Below are positions 30,896 through 38,664 of a stretch of 64,000 nt of DNA, one piece after another. The notes under the pieces were generated by a model that was given only the letters and a program-made list of their open reading frames with translations, ran no database searches and was not told the origin of the DNA. A program made the translations under genes and the position numbers. This DNA is from an uncultured Gammaproteobacteria bacterium (GTDB lineage Bacteria; Pseudomonadota; Gammaproteobacteria; UBA9214), in assembly GCA_963712695.1 (NCBI GenBank), contig CAVQJD010000018.1, positions 5,720 to 69,719 on the forward strand. The letters run 5' to 3'. Each line of letters starts with the position of its first letter. The stretch's first letter is position 1.

Positions 30896-31864
30896 ATGAA
30901 GAAAGAAATTACGGTAGTACCGGCCGGCATCAGGGTTGGTGTCAGTTCATGCCTGCTGGGAAAGGAAGTCCGTTTCGACGGTGGCCACAAGCGCAACCGG
31001 TTCGTGACCGAAGCGCTGGCGGACTATTTCGAGCTCGTGCCTTTCTGCCCGGAAGTTGCGATCGGAATGGGTATACCGCGGCAGCCAATCCGACTGGTGG
31101 GTAACCAGGACAGTCCGGAAGCTGTCGGGGTGAAGAATCCTGACCTGAATGTCACCCGGCCGCTCAGGGAGTACGGGCGAAAGGTTGCCGGCACGCTCGA
31201 CGGGCTATGCGGGTTCATCTTCAAAAAAGACTCGCCCAGTTGCGGCATGACACGAGTCAAGGTCTATAGCAGCCAGGGTATGGCTGTGCGGTCAGGTGCC
31301 GGATTGTTTGCCCGTGAAATCATGCGTGCTGATCCGTTGTTACCGGTTGAGGAGGAGGGGCGCCTTAACGATGCCGGATTGTGCGACAGTTTCATCACCC
31401 GCGTGTATGTCTATGCCCGCTGGAAAGCCCTGCGGCAGGCCGGCTTGAGCAAATCAGGTCTGGTTGAATTTCATGCCAGTCACAAGTTTCTCGTCATGGC
31501 GCACAGCAGCGCTGCATACAGGCAGCTGGGTCGGATGCTCTCCGACCTCGGCGGCGTGAACCTGCATGCAACAGCCGACTCGTATATCAGTCTGTTGCTT
31601 GAGACGCTGAAACGTCCCGCCACGCGCAAGCAGCATACCAACGTCCTGCAGCATCTGCTCGGTTATCTGAAAAATGATCTCGAATCACCGCGCCGCGCCG
31701 ACCTCGCCGGTGCTATCGATGCCTATCGCCGCGGCGATTTCCCGCTGGTGGTGCCCGTCAGGCTGCTGCAGCATTACTTCAGCTTGCATCTGCATCCGTA
31801 CATTAACCGGCAGGTGTACCTGAACCCCTACCCGCAGTCACTGCAGCTCAGAAACGTTTTGTGA
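30896..31864 (+). CDS. ybgA: YbgA-like protein (DUF523 + DUF1722)
   Basis: MKKEITVVPAGIRVGVSSCLLGKEVRFDGGHKRN (DUF523) is followed by a C-terminal helical DUF1722-like half. The start was trimmed to ATG 30896. Confidence 0.7.
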   Translation: MKKEITVVPAGIRVGVSSCLLGKEVRFDGGHKRNRFVTEALADYFELVPFCPEVAIGMGIPRQPIRLVGNQDSPEAVGVKNPDLNVTRPLREYGRKVAGTLDGLCGFIFKKDSPSCGMTRVKVYSSQGMAVRSGAGLFAREIMRADPLLPVEEEGRLNDAGLCDSFITRVYVYARWKALRQAGLSKSGLVEFHASHKFLVMAHSSAAYRQLGRMLSDLGGVNLHATADSYISLLLETLKRPATRKQHTNVLQHLLGYLKNDLESPRRADLAGAIDAYRRGDFPLVVPVRLLQHYFSLHLHPYINRQVYLNPYPQSLQLRNVL

Positions 31865-31875
31865 GATGAGCCCTG

Positions 31876-32631
31876 ATGGCCGCTGAATCCAGCTTTGGTG
31901 TCGTGATCGTGGGAGATGAAATACTCTCGGGTAAACGCAATGACAGGCACCTTCCGCATGTAATTGACACGCTGGCCGCGCGTGGTATCGAGGTCGCATG
32001 GTCGAGGATCGTGAGTGACAAACGCAGCCGGCTGGTGCACGAGCTCAGGCAGACCCAGCAGGATTCCGTGCCCGTGCTGTGCTTCGGTGGCATTGGTGCG
32101 ACGCCCGATGACCAGACCCGCCAGGCAGCCGGCGAGGCTTTTGGCTGGGCGTTGGCCAGGCACCCCGGCGTACTGGATATCATCGAGCGGCGCTTCGGGA
32201 GCGAGGCCTGGCCGATACGGGTGCGGATGGCGGATTTACCTGACGGCTGCCTGTTGATACCGCACCCCTCAGGCGGGATTCCCGGTTTTACCCTGTACAA
32301 CCATCACTTCTTTCCCGGGTTTCCAGAGCTAGCCTGGCCCATGCTGGACTGGGTGCTGGATACCTATTACCCGTCATGCGCCAGTCCGCGGCAGGAAAAG
32401 TCGGTCAGGGTCATTGCGGTGGCCGAATCGGAGCTGGTGGGGCTGATGGAAGCCCTGTCCAGGCGCCATCCCGGGGCACGATTATTCAGTCTGCCGCACA
32501 TGGGGATGATTAATTCCGTGGAAATCGGGTTTCGTGGTGAGCACCACAGTATCGAACCCGCCTTCTCGGAGCTTGTCGTTGCCCTGGATCGGCGTGCGCT
32601 GTGCTATGAACTGCCAGGCGGAGCAGTGTAA
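31876..32631 (+). CDS. CinA-like/MoCF-biosynthesis (molybdopterin-binding) domain protein
   Basis: FGVVIVGDEILSGKRNDRHLPHVIDTLAARGIEV...CFGGIGATPDDQTRQA is present. Confidence 0.7.
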   Translation: MAAESSFGVVIVGDEILSGKRNDRHLPHVIDTLAARGIEVAWSRIVSDKRSRLVHELRQTQQDSVPVLCFGGIGATPDDQTRQAAGEAFGWALARHPGVLDIIERRFGSEAWPIRVRMADLPDGCLLIPHPSGGIPGFTLYNHHFFPGFPELAWPMLDWVLDTYYPSCASPRQEKSVRVIAVAESELVGLMEALSRRHPGARLFSLPHMGMINSVEIGFRGEHHSIEPAFSELVVALDRRALCYELPGGAV

Positions 32632-32660
32632 AACGGGGCAATCCGGAAGACTGCCGTTTT
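32631..32660. terminator. Possible bidirectional terminator hairpin between convergent genes
   Basis: AAACGGGGCA...TGCCGTTTT forms an imperfect stem flanked by A/T runs. Confidence 0.4.
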
Positions 32661-32715
32661 AAGCTCTCTTGTCTGGTATCTGTCCCAGGTTTGACTGCGG
32701 CTGGATCAGTGGCGG

Positions 32716-33657
32716 TTACCCGGGTCGGTCTGTCTTCAGTTGCTTGCTGAGCAGTCTGAGTCCGGTGCCGATCGCTTCACCCAGGCAGATCGCGCCTGCG
32801 GCCTCGATTTTCTCCTGATGCCTGGCGGTGATCCTGCCGCCAACGAAGACCGGAACCGGGCTCTTGTTCACCAGCGCGGCCAATTCGTTTTCGAGTGCGC
32901 CGCGAACGGGCCGGGCCGATCCCGACAGGACGACGCCGGCACAGGTCCTCGCTCGCATGACACCGGGCAACTGGTCAAGTGGCATATTGGATCCGAGGAC
33001 CAGGACCCGGAAACCAAAATTCACGGCCGCGAGGGCAAACAGCAGCAGGCCAATTTCATGGAAATCACCTGGCAGGCAGGCGAGCAGCAGCATGGGCCCG
33101 TTGCTGCGCTGATTCATGTGGTGGATGCGGGTCCCCAGCTTGTTGCGCAGATAGACAGTAAAGAAATGTTCCTCGGCAATGCCGGTTTCGCGCTCATTCC
33201 AGCGTTCACCGAATATACGCAACAAGGGCGAAACCAGACGTTGAATGACTACATCGACCGGATACAGTGACAGGACGTCGTTATAAAGGGTGTCCAGCGC
33301 ATGCTCGTCGAAATGTTCCACGGCCTGGAGCATTTTGCGCTGATAGGCGCGCCAGACCTCCCCGGGATCTGTCACAGCTGCAGCCTGCTCCTGGCCCGGC
33401 GCCTGCTCCAGCACGGGTTTAACCTGGCTGATCGAGATGCCCTGTTCGAGTAACTCGAGGACATGTCTGATGTGTTCGACATCCTCCTCGGTATATAAAC
33501 GGTGTCCTTTGGGTGTGCGTTGCGGGGTAATCAGGTTGTAACGACGCTCCCATGCGCGCAGGGTTACCGGGTTAACGCCGGTCAGATCCGCGACGGTGCG
33601 AATGGGCAGCAGGCTCCCGGGGGCAATGGTTTTTTCTGCGGGTTGTGATTGCGGCAT
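32716..33657 (-). CDS. MerR-family, cobalamin-binding photoreceptor regulator (CarH/LitR type)
   Basis: The MerR HTH is IRTVADLTGVNPVTLRAWERRYNLITPQRTPKGHRLYTEEDV. The Wx9EH motif is WNERETGIAEEH and the B12-binding DxHxxG is GDFHEIG. The listed 450-aa ORF was trimmed to ATG 33657 (MPQSQPAEK). Confidence 0.85.
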   Translation of the reverse strand: MPQSQPAEKTIAPGSLLPIRTVADLTGVNPVTLRAWERRYNLITPQRTPKGHRLYTEEDVEHIRHVLELLEQGISISQVKPVLEQAPGQEQAAAVTDPGEVWRAYQRKMLQAVEHFDEHALDTLYNDVLSLYPVDVVIQRLVSPLLRIFGERWNERETGIAEEHFFTVYLRNKLGTRIHHMNQRSNGPMLLLACLPGDFHEIGLLLFALAAVNFGFRVLVLGSNMPLDQLPGVMRARTCAGVVLSGSARPVRGALENELAALVNKSPVPVFVGGRITARHQEKIEAAGAICLGEAIGTGLRLLSKQLKTDRPG

Positions 33658-33676
33658 AGGGATTACTCTCGCTATT

Positions 33677-33704
33677 TGTACAACAATTGTACTGCCTTGG
33701 TGAA
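33677..33704 (-). promoter_or_regulatory. Candidate autoregulatory operator upstream of the photoreceptor gene
   Basis: On the minus strand, TTCACC (33704-699), AGTACA (33693-88) and TGTACA (33682-77) are spaced at 11 bp, ending 20 nt upstream of the start codon. Confidence 0.55.
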
Positions 33705-34074
33705 GGTTTTGTCTGCTCCATGCATGCCACGGGGCATCCGCTGCGCATGGGGCTCCCGCGCATGGAAAACGTTGCTGGTCCAGGTCTGGACAGGGTTTTG
33801 CAGACGCAGATCTAACGCGAGTGCCTGCATTCGCCATTGCGGAATATTCACTGGCGGTGTTCCTTGCAGTGAGGCTGGCCAGATCGTGAATGACTCCGGT
33901 TACTGCGTCTCTGCGCCGGTAAAATCCGCAAATCCCGGCTCCCAGGCTTTGCATATCCGCCGGGATCAGAGTTGCGGCAGGAAGCTGGGGGCGTGTAACG
34001 CAAGGCTGTGGTTCAGGTTTGTTGATACGAAGGCGGTTGCCGTCTAATCGCTGTCCGAGCCGCCGCAACGAAGG

Positions 34075-34227
34075 CTACATCCGCCAGGGTTTACCGTTGC
34101 AGTACCCGTAATTGCCGCAGTGACGGGTGCAGCCACGACATGGCAGTCTTTCGTTGACTTTGTTTTGCCGTAATCCAGCGAGAGCCTGGACGGTGTATTT
34201 CAGCGGTAAAGGTGAGCCTGCATTCAT
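34075..34227 (-). CDS. Small Cys-rich ORF (50 aa from ATG 34227; the longer ORF runs to 34344)
   Basis: The C-terminus is LPCRGCTRHCGNYGYCNGKPWRM (CxxCxxxCxxxxxC). The RBS is weak. It lies downstream of the 54-aa ORF on the same strand. Confidence 0.3.
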   Translation of the reverse strand: MNAGSPLPLKYTVQALAGLRQNKVNERLPCRGCTRHCGNYGYCNGKPWRM

Positions 34228-34347
34228 GATGCTCAACTTCAGAAAAAAAGCCGGGATGGTGGGACATCCATCCCGGACGTCCATCCCCGAAAACTGCCGA
34301 CCCGCCTGCTGGCGGATCGGCAGAGATGGAATGGATAAAATCATTGC

Positions 34348-34512
34348 CTACCCTTCATCAATACCACTGTCGATGGGGTTGTTGATGATTTCGTGCAGAT
34401 TGCTGCCGGGTACCACGGAGTGGAGTATTTCGATGTTTTCGCGTTCGGCCGCACGCATGGCCTCATCGTAGAATTGTCCGGTTTTGCGTATTTGCAGTTC
34501 ATAGGCGCTCAT
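34348..34512 (-). CDS. Small hypothetical protein (54 aa)
   Basis: An AGGAGA RBS lies 6 nt upstream of ATG 34512. The product is MSAYELQIRKTGQFYDEAMRAAERENIEILHSVVPGSNLHEIINNPIDSGIDEG. Confidence 0.45.
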   Translation of the reverse strand: MSAYELQIRKTGQFYDEAMRAAERENIEILHSVVPGSNLHEIINNPIDSGIDEG

Positions 34513-34620
34513 GGCTGTTCTCCTGTGTGCAGGTTCAAGTGATACGGGTTGTTGCACCCGTGTGACGGGATTCCATTAATCTGATGCCGATTCAGTTCCG
34601 CAGCGTGTGCACGTGACGGT

Positions 34621-34665
34621 AAAGATAGTTGCCCCGGCTTTTGGCTAGGGGGGTGCCGGGGCAAC
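34621..34665 (-). terminator. Terminator/attenuator-like hairpin inside a leader of about 290 nt
   Basis: On the minus strand, GTTGCCCCGGC-(16 nt)-GCCGGGGCAAC is followed by TATCTTT. It lies between the promoter at 34848 and the ORF at 34512. Confidence 0.4.
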
Positions 34666-34814
34666 CAGTGCGGAGAGTCGTTTGCTGCCCTGCAGAGTCT
34701 GCTGTGTGTGCAAGCGCGCTGGTGCTGCATGGTTGTTGTGCGCTCAGTCTGCAACAGCGGATTTTCGTATGCCGGGCTCATGCTTTACAAATCCATTACA
34801 TTGGTTAAATATTG

Positions 34815-34848
34815 TGTACAAATATACTACAAAATTTGTACATGTCAA
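34815..34848 (-). promoter_or_regulatory. Promoter with three 11-bp-phased TnnACA repeats (best operator candidate)
   Basis: On the minus strand: TTGACA (34848-43), then TGTACA (34842-37), TGTAGT (34831-26) and TGTACA (34820-15). The -10 TATATT (34826-21) is embedded in the repeats. Confidence 0.65.
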
Positions 34849-35042
34849 GCATTATTTGTCGATAGTTGCCATCTTTCGGGATTTGCTGGAAATTTCCCGA
34901 CGGCCCGGGTGTGCGGACTGCCCGGCACTATCGATGCGGGCCGATCTTTGCCCAGATTGCTGGCCTGGTTGCGTGATATATGCTCTCCGATGCCTGTGAT
35001 CGGCGGTCAGCTTATGAAGGCCATGAGCCACCCGCTGGCTGC

Positions 35043-35093
35043 CGTACAATAATTATACAAAAGCTTGACAATTAGTGTTATTAGGCTTATACA
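35043..35093 (+). promoter_or_regulatory. Divergent promoter with three 11-bp-phased TnnACA repeats
   Basis: CGTACA (35043), TATACA (35054) and TTGACA (35065, the -35) are followed by a 17-nt spacer and TATACA (35088, the -10). Confidence 0.6.
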
Positions 35094-35134
35094 AAAGTGG
35101 CAGTGTTTTTCAACCCGCAATGGAGCTTATGAAT

Positions 35135-35263
35135 ATGTCTAACTACACACAGCACAGGGCACAGGCTCAGGATCTGGTGCTCGCGAAAGTAGTATTCGGT
35201 TTTCTGCTGACACCGCTGGTCATCATGTTCGCCATCGCCGGTGCGATGTTGGCGGTTGCCTGA
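35135..35263 (+). CDS. Small single-TM peptide (42 aa)
   Basis: A GGAG RBS lies 9 nt upstream of ATG 35135. The product is MSNYTQHRAQAQDLVLAKVVFGFLLTPLVIMFAIAGAMLAVA. Confidence 0.35.
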   Translation: MSNYTQHRAQAQDLVLAKVVFGFLLTPLVIMFAIAGAMLAVA

Positions 35264-35544
35264 ATCACGTCCTGGCTGGAGAGTGCGCAAGCCACACACT
35301 CACAAGCCCCTTCTTGAGTGCCGCCCCCGGGTAACTACCGGTTAACCCGAGCGGGGCGGCACGGTGTTTTGTGCCGAGCCCATCACACGCCACTGGCAAC
35401 CACCTGCAAATACATTCCGATTGGTTGTGCAATTAACCAACGCTGTCCTGTGACCCGGCATCAGGCCCGGATCGCGGCGCAAGTCATTGTTTCGCTGGGC
35501 TACCTTGTGCTGCCGGGCGGAATGGGTCTATGCTGTGAGTCAGT

Positions 35545-35937
35545 ATGCGTAAGCGCTTCGAACAATGCCTGCTGATCCTGCTCACCCTTGCCCTGGTGGC
35601 TGCGCCCCTGCGCGGCGCTGTTGCACTGCCGGCGCCGACCGGCGCTGACCAGGTCTCGCACTGTGACCACATGCAGGCTGGTATGCAGGCCATGGATCAT
35701 GCATCTGGCCAGCACGAAACTGGCGCAGTCCGGCCGGGTCAACGCTGTGACCACGGCTGTTCCGGCGATTGCTGTCATGGCGACTGTGGCACGTGTGCGC
35801 ATGTGTCGATTGCATTACCCGGCATCACAGCCGGCCTGGCGGTACGCTACAGTAATTTTCTGAGCACACCGCTAACGCAGCACTTTGCCGGACGCACCAC
35901 CCACCCCCCGTTCCGACCCCCCATCGATCTCTGCTGA
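35545..35937 (+). CDS. Exported His/Cys-rich protein (CzcI/DUF2946-like) preceding the efflux genes
   Basis: The signal peptide is MRKRFEQCLLILLTLALVAAPLRGA. SHCDHMQAGMQAMDHASGQHE and CDHGCSGDCCHGDCGTCAH are present. Confidence 0.55.
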   Translation: MRKRFEQCLLILLTLALVAAPLRGAVALPAPTGADQVSHCDHMQAGMQAMDHASGQHETGAVRPGQRCDHGCSGDCCHGDCGTCAHVSIALPGITAGLAVRYSNFLSTPLTQHFAGRTTHPPFRPPIDLC

Positions 35938-36083
35938 GCCGTTCCGGCACGACGGGTCGCCGATCCGCTTCGTGGTGTGTGTCATGCAAATGGTTCTGGA
36001 GAGTCGCCATGTATTACTACCGGAGTTCTGTCCTGCATTCATGTTCTGGCGCTGAACAGTTTCGCTATCATCTGCGGGTGTTG

Positions 36084-37355
36084 ATGCGCGCCTTGCTGCT
36101 GCTGGTTCTGTCAGGGCCAGTGCCAGCGGCCGCGGATCCGTCTGCAGGAATACTCGCACTGGAGGATGCCGTTGCCCTGGCAATCGAGGGCAATCCGGGG
36201 CTGGCCGGCACGCAGGCGCGTGCGGCGGCGCTGGCGGCAATTCCGTCACAGGCCGGCACCCTGCCTGATCCCATGCTCAGCCTGAATGCCCTGAACCTGC
36301 CAACCGACACCTTCGATCTCGACCAGGAACCCATGACCCAGCTGCAAATCGGGATCGACCAGGCGCTGCCGTTTCCGGGCAAACTGGGTCTGCAGGAACG
36401 TGCTGCCGAATTCGATGCCACTGCTGCAGCCAGCAATGTCGATGAGGCCCGCTTACAGCTGATCGACAAGGTGAAGCAGGGCTGGTGGCAGATTTTTTAT
36501 CTTGACCGGGCGCTGGAGATTGTTTCCGGCAACCAGGACCTGCTGCGCCAGTTTGTGGAGATCGCCCAGACCAAGTACAAGGTGGGAGAGGGCCTGCAAC
36601 AGGAGGTGCTGCTGGCACAGGTTGAGTTGTCCCGGTTGCTTGACCGCCACATCGAACTGCAGGGAATGCGTCGCCAGCAGTCTGCACGTCTCAATGCGTT
36701 GCTCTACCGTAATGCAGGTACTGCGGTGGTATTGCAGGAACAGGTTGACGAGCGGCTACCCGTGCTGCGTCCGGAACAGGAACTCTATGCACGTGCCGCG
36801 GCGGCCAGGCCGTTGCTGGAACTGAAACGGCAGGAGGTCGAAGCGGCGCGAACGCGTCACGAGCTTGCCAGACGTGATCGTTACCCCGACTTCAAGCTGG
36901 GTGCAGCCTACGGCTTCCGGCAGGGAGATAACACGGATGGCAGCGCGCGTGCCGATTTTGCCTCGCTGCGCCTGGGTGTGAGTCTGCCACTCTTTGCCGG
37001 CCGCAAGCAGGACCGGGCAGTGGATCAGCGTTCCAGCGAACTCCAGCAAAAGCAGTACGCCCTGCAGGATGAACTTGCCGCTGTGCAGGCAGCAATTTCC
37101 GCCGCCTTTGCGGATTACCAGCGCGCCAGCGAGCAGGTGGAGTTGTTCAGGACCGGAATCATCCCGCAGGCGCAGCAATCGGTCGCCTCCATGTTGTCCG
37201 GCTACCAGGTCAACAAGGTGGATTTTCTCAACCTCGTGCGCGCCCAGATTACGCTGTATGACCATGAAACCCGGTACTGGAAATCGTTCAGTGAGGCGCA
37301 TCAGGCACTGGCACGTCTGGCGGCTGCCGTGGGCGAGGAGGTGATCGGTGAATAG
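36084..37355 (+). CDS. cusC: Outer-membrane efflux protein (TolC family) of a heavy-metal RND system
   Basis: It has the TolC-family two-repeat coiled architecture (LEDAVALAIEGNPGLAG...). The start was trimmed to ATG 36084 (MRALLLLVLSG). Confidence 0.75.
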   Translation: MRALLLLVLSGPVPAAADPSAGILALEDAVALAIEGNPGLAGTQARAAALAAIPSQAGTLPDPMLSLNALNLPTDTFDLDQEPMTQLQIGIDQALPFPGKLGLQERAAEFDATAAASNVDEARLQLIDKVKQGWWQIFYLDRALEIVSGNQDLLRQFVEIAQTKYKVGEGLQQEVLLAQVELSRLLDRHIELQGMRRQQSARLNALLYRNAGTAVVLQEQVDERLPVLRPEQELYARAAAARPLLELKRQEVEAARTRHELARRDRYPDFKLGAAYGFRQGDNTDGSARADFASLRLGVSLPLFAGRKQDRAVDQRSSELQQKQYALQDELAAVQAAISAAFADYQRASEQVELFRTGIIPQAQQSVASMLSGYQVNKVDFLNLVRAQITLYDHETRYWKSFSEAHQALARLAAAVGEEVIGE

Positions 37356-38664
37356 GCAAACAGTGATCGGAGTACTGATTGCGCTGGCACTCGGTGGCGG
37401 TGGCGGGTACTGGGTTGCAAACACCCTGACCAGCGAAGGTGCGGCACCCGCTGTTGATGCCGGCATGACAAGCGCCGGGCCCACGGCGCTGTTCTACCGC
37501 AATCCCATGAATCCGGCGATCACCTCGCCGGTGCCGGCGCAGGATGAGATGGGCATGGATTACATACCGGTGTATGCCGAGATAGACACCGGCAGCGACG
37601 ACAGCCTGGCAGGCACGGTCAGGATCGATCCGGTGACCGTGCAGAATATCGGGGTCCGCACGGCAGTAGCCAGGCGGGAATCACTCAGCCGGCATATCCG
37701 CAGCGTGGGTCGTGTCGACTTCGACGAAGAGCGGCTGTCGAGCCTGCATCCAAAGACGGAAGGCTGGATCGAGCAGCTGTATATCGACAAGACGGGCGAA
37801 CAGATCGACAAGGACGCGATACTGCTGAATATCTACTCGCCGCAACTGGTAACCAGCCAGCAGGAATACCTGCTTGCGCTGAACAACCTGGACGTGCTGA
37901 ATAAAAGTCCGTACCAGGAAATTCGCCAGGGTGCAAAAGATCTCATCAGCAGTGCGCGCGAACGGCTCGAGCTGCTGGATGTGCCGGAGCACCAGATCCG
38001 CGAGCTGGAGCGCACCCGCAAGATCAAAAAGAGCCTGCACATTCATTCACCCTTCGACGGAGTGATCATGAATATCGGTGCGCGCGAAGGCCAGTATGTC
38101 ACCCCGAGCACCGAACTCTACAAGATTGCCGACCTGACACGGGTCTGGGTGTTCGCGGACGTCTACGAGACAGAAGTGTCCTGGATCCAAGCCGGCGATC
38201 CTGTAGAAATGAAGCTCGCGGCGATCCCGGGCAGGGTATTCACCGGGCGTGTCGGTTACGTCTATCCCTATGCCGAAGCCAGGACGCGCACCATCAAGGT
38301 TCGTCTTGAGTTCGATAACACGGACCTGCTGCTCAAGCCGGACATGTTTGCCGATGTCACCATCCACGCCCAGCGCACGGTCGATGCCCTGGTGATACCG
38401 GCTGAAGCGGTAGTGCGTTCCGGCGAGCGGGACCAGGTTTTCGTGGTACGCGCCCCCGGCAAGTTCGAACCGCGCGTGGTCGGGCTGGGCGTGAGTTCAA
38501 GAGGGATGGTGCAGGTCATCGACGGGCTTGCCGCCGGTGAGGTGGTGGTCACTTCCAGCCAGTTCCTGATTGATTCCGAGTCCAAGCTGCGCGAGGCGAC
38601 GGCGAAGATGCTGGAGACGATGTCAACAGGACAGGGAGGCGCTGATGATCAGGGCAATCATTGA
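37348..38664 (+). CDS. cusB: RND periplasmic adaptor (membrane fusion protein), heavy-metal type
   Basis: FYRNPMNPAITSPVPAQDEMGMDYIPVY (metal-type MFP N-terminus) and barrel-sandwich/hairpin segments are present. The GTG start overlaps the cusC stop. Confidence 0.8.
   Translation: MNRQTVIGVLIALALGGGGGYWVANTLTSEGAAPAVDAGMTSAGPTALFYRNPMNPAITSPVPAQDEMGMDYIPVYAEIDTGSDDSLAGTVRIDPVTVQNIGVRTAVARRESLSRHIRSVGRVDFDEERLSSLHPKTEGWIEQLYIDKTGEQIDKDAILLNIYSPQLVTSQQEYLLALNNLDVLNKSPYQEIRQGAKDLISSARERLELLDVPEHQIRELERTRKIKKSLHIHSPFDGVIMNIGAREGQYVTPSTELYKIADLTRVWVFADVYETEVSWIQAGDPVEMKLAAIPGRVFTGRVGYVYPYAEARTRTIKVRLEFDNTDLLLKPDMFADVTIHAQRTVDALVIPAEAVVRSGERDQVFVVRAPGKFEPRVVGLGVSSRGMVQVIDGLAAGEVVVTSSQFLIDSESKLREATAKMLETMSTGQGGADDQGNH

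Noticed and set aside
32716-34068. The full 450-aa ORF for the MerR/B12 regulator.
   Set aside because: The first 137 codons are Arg/Ala/Cys-rich with no similarity to the family, and they cover the gene's own promoter and operator. The family-typical N-terminus starts at ATG 33657.
34509-34781. 90-aa ORF in the leader upstream of the 54-aa gene. A cobalamin riboswitch in the same region was also considered.
   Set aside because: The ORF product is low-complexity, lacks an RBS and overlaps the next start. No B12-box-like sequence or conserved riboswitch core was seen by eye, and an Infernal scan would be needed to be sure.
35979-36083. An N-terminal extension of cusC (MSCKWFWRVAMYYYRSS...).
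   Set aside because: It is non-signal-like and unconserved-looking. The signal peptide MRALLLLVLSGPVPAAA starts at ATG 36084.
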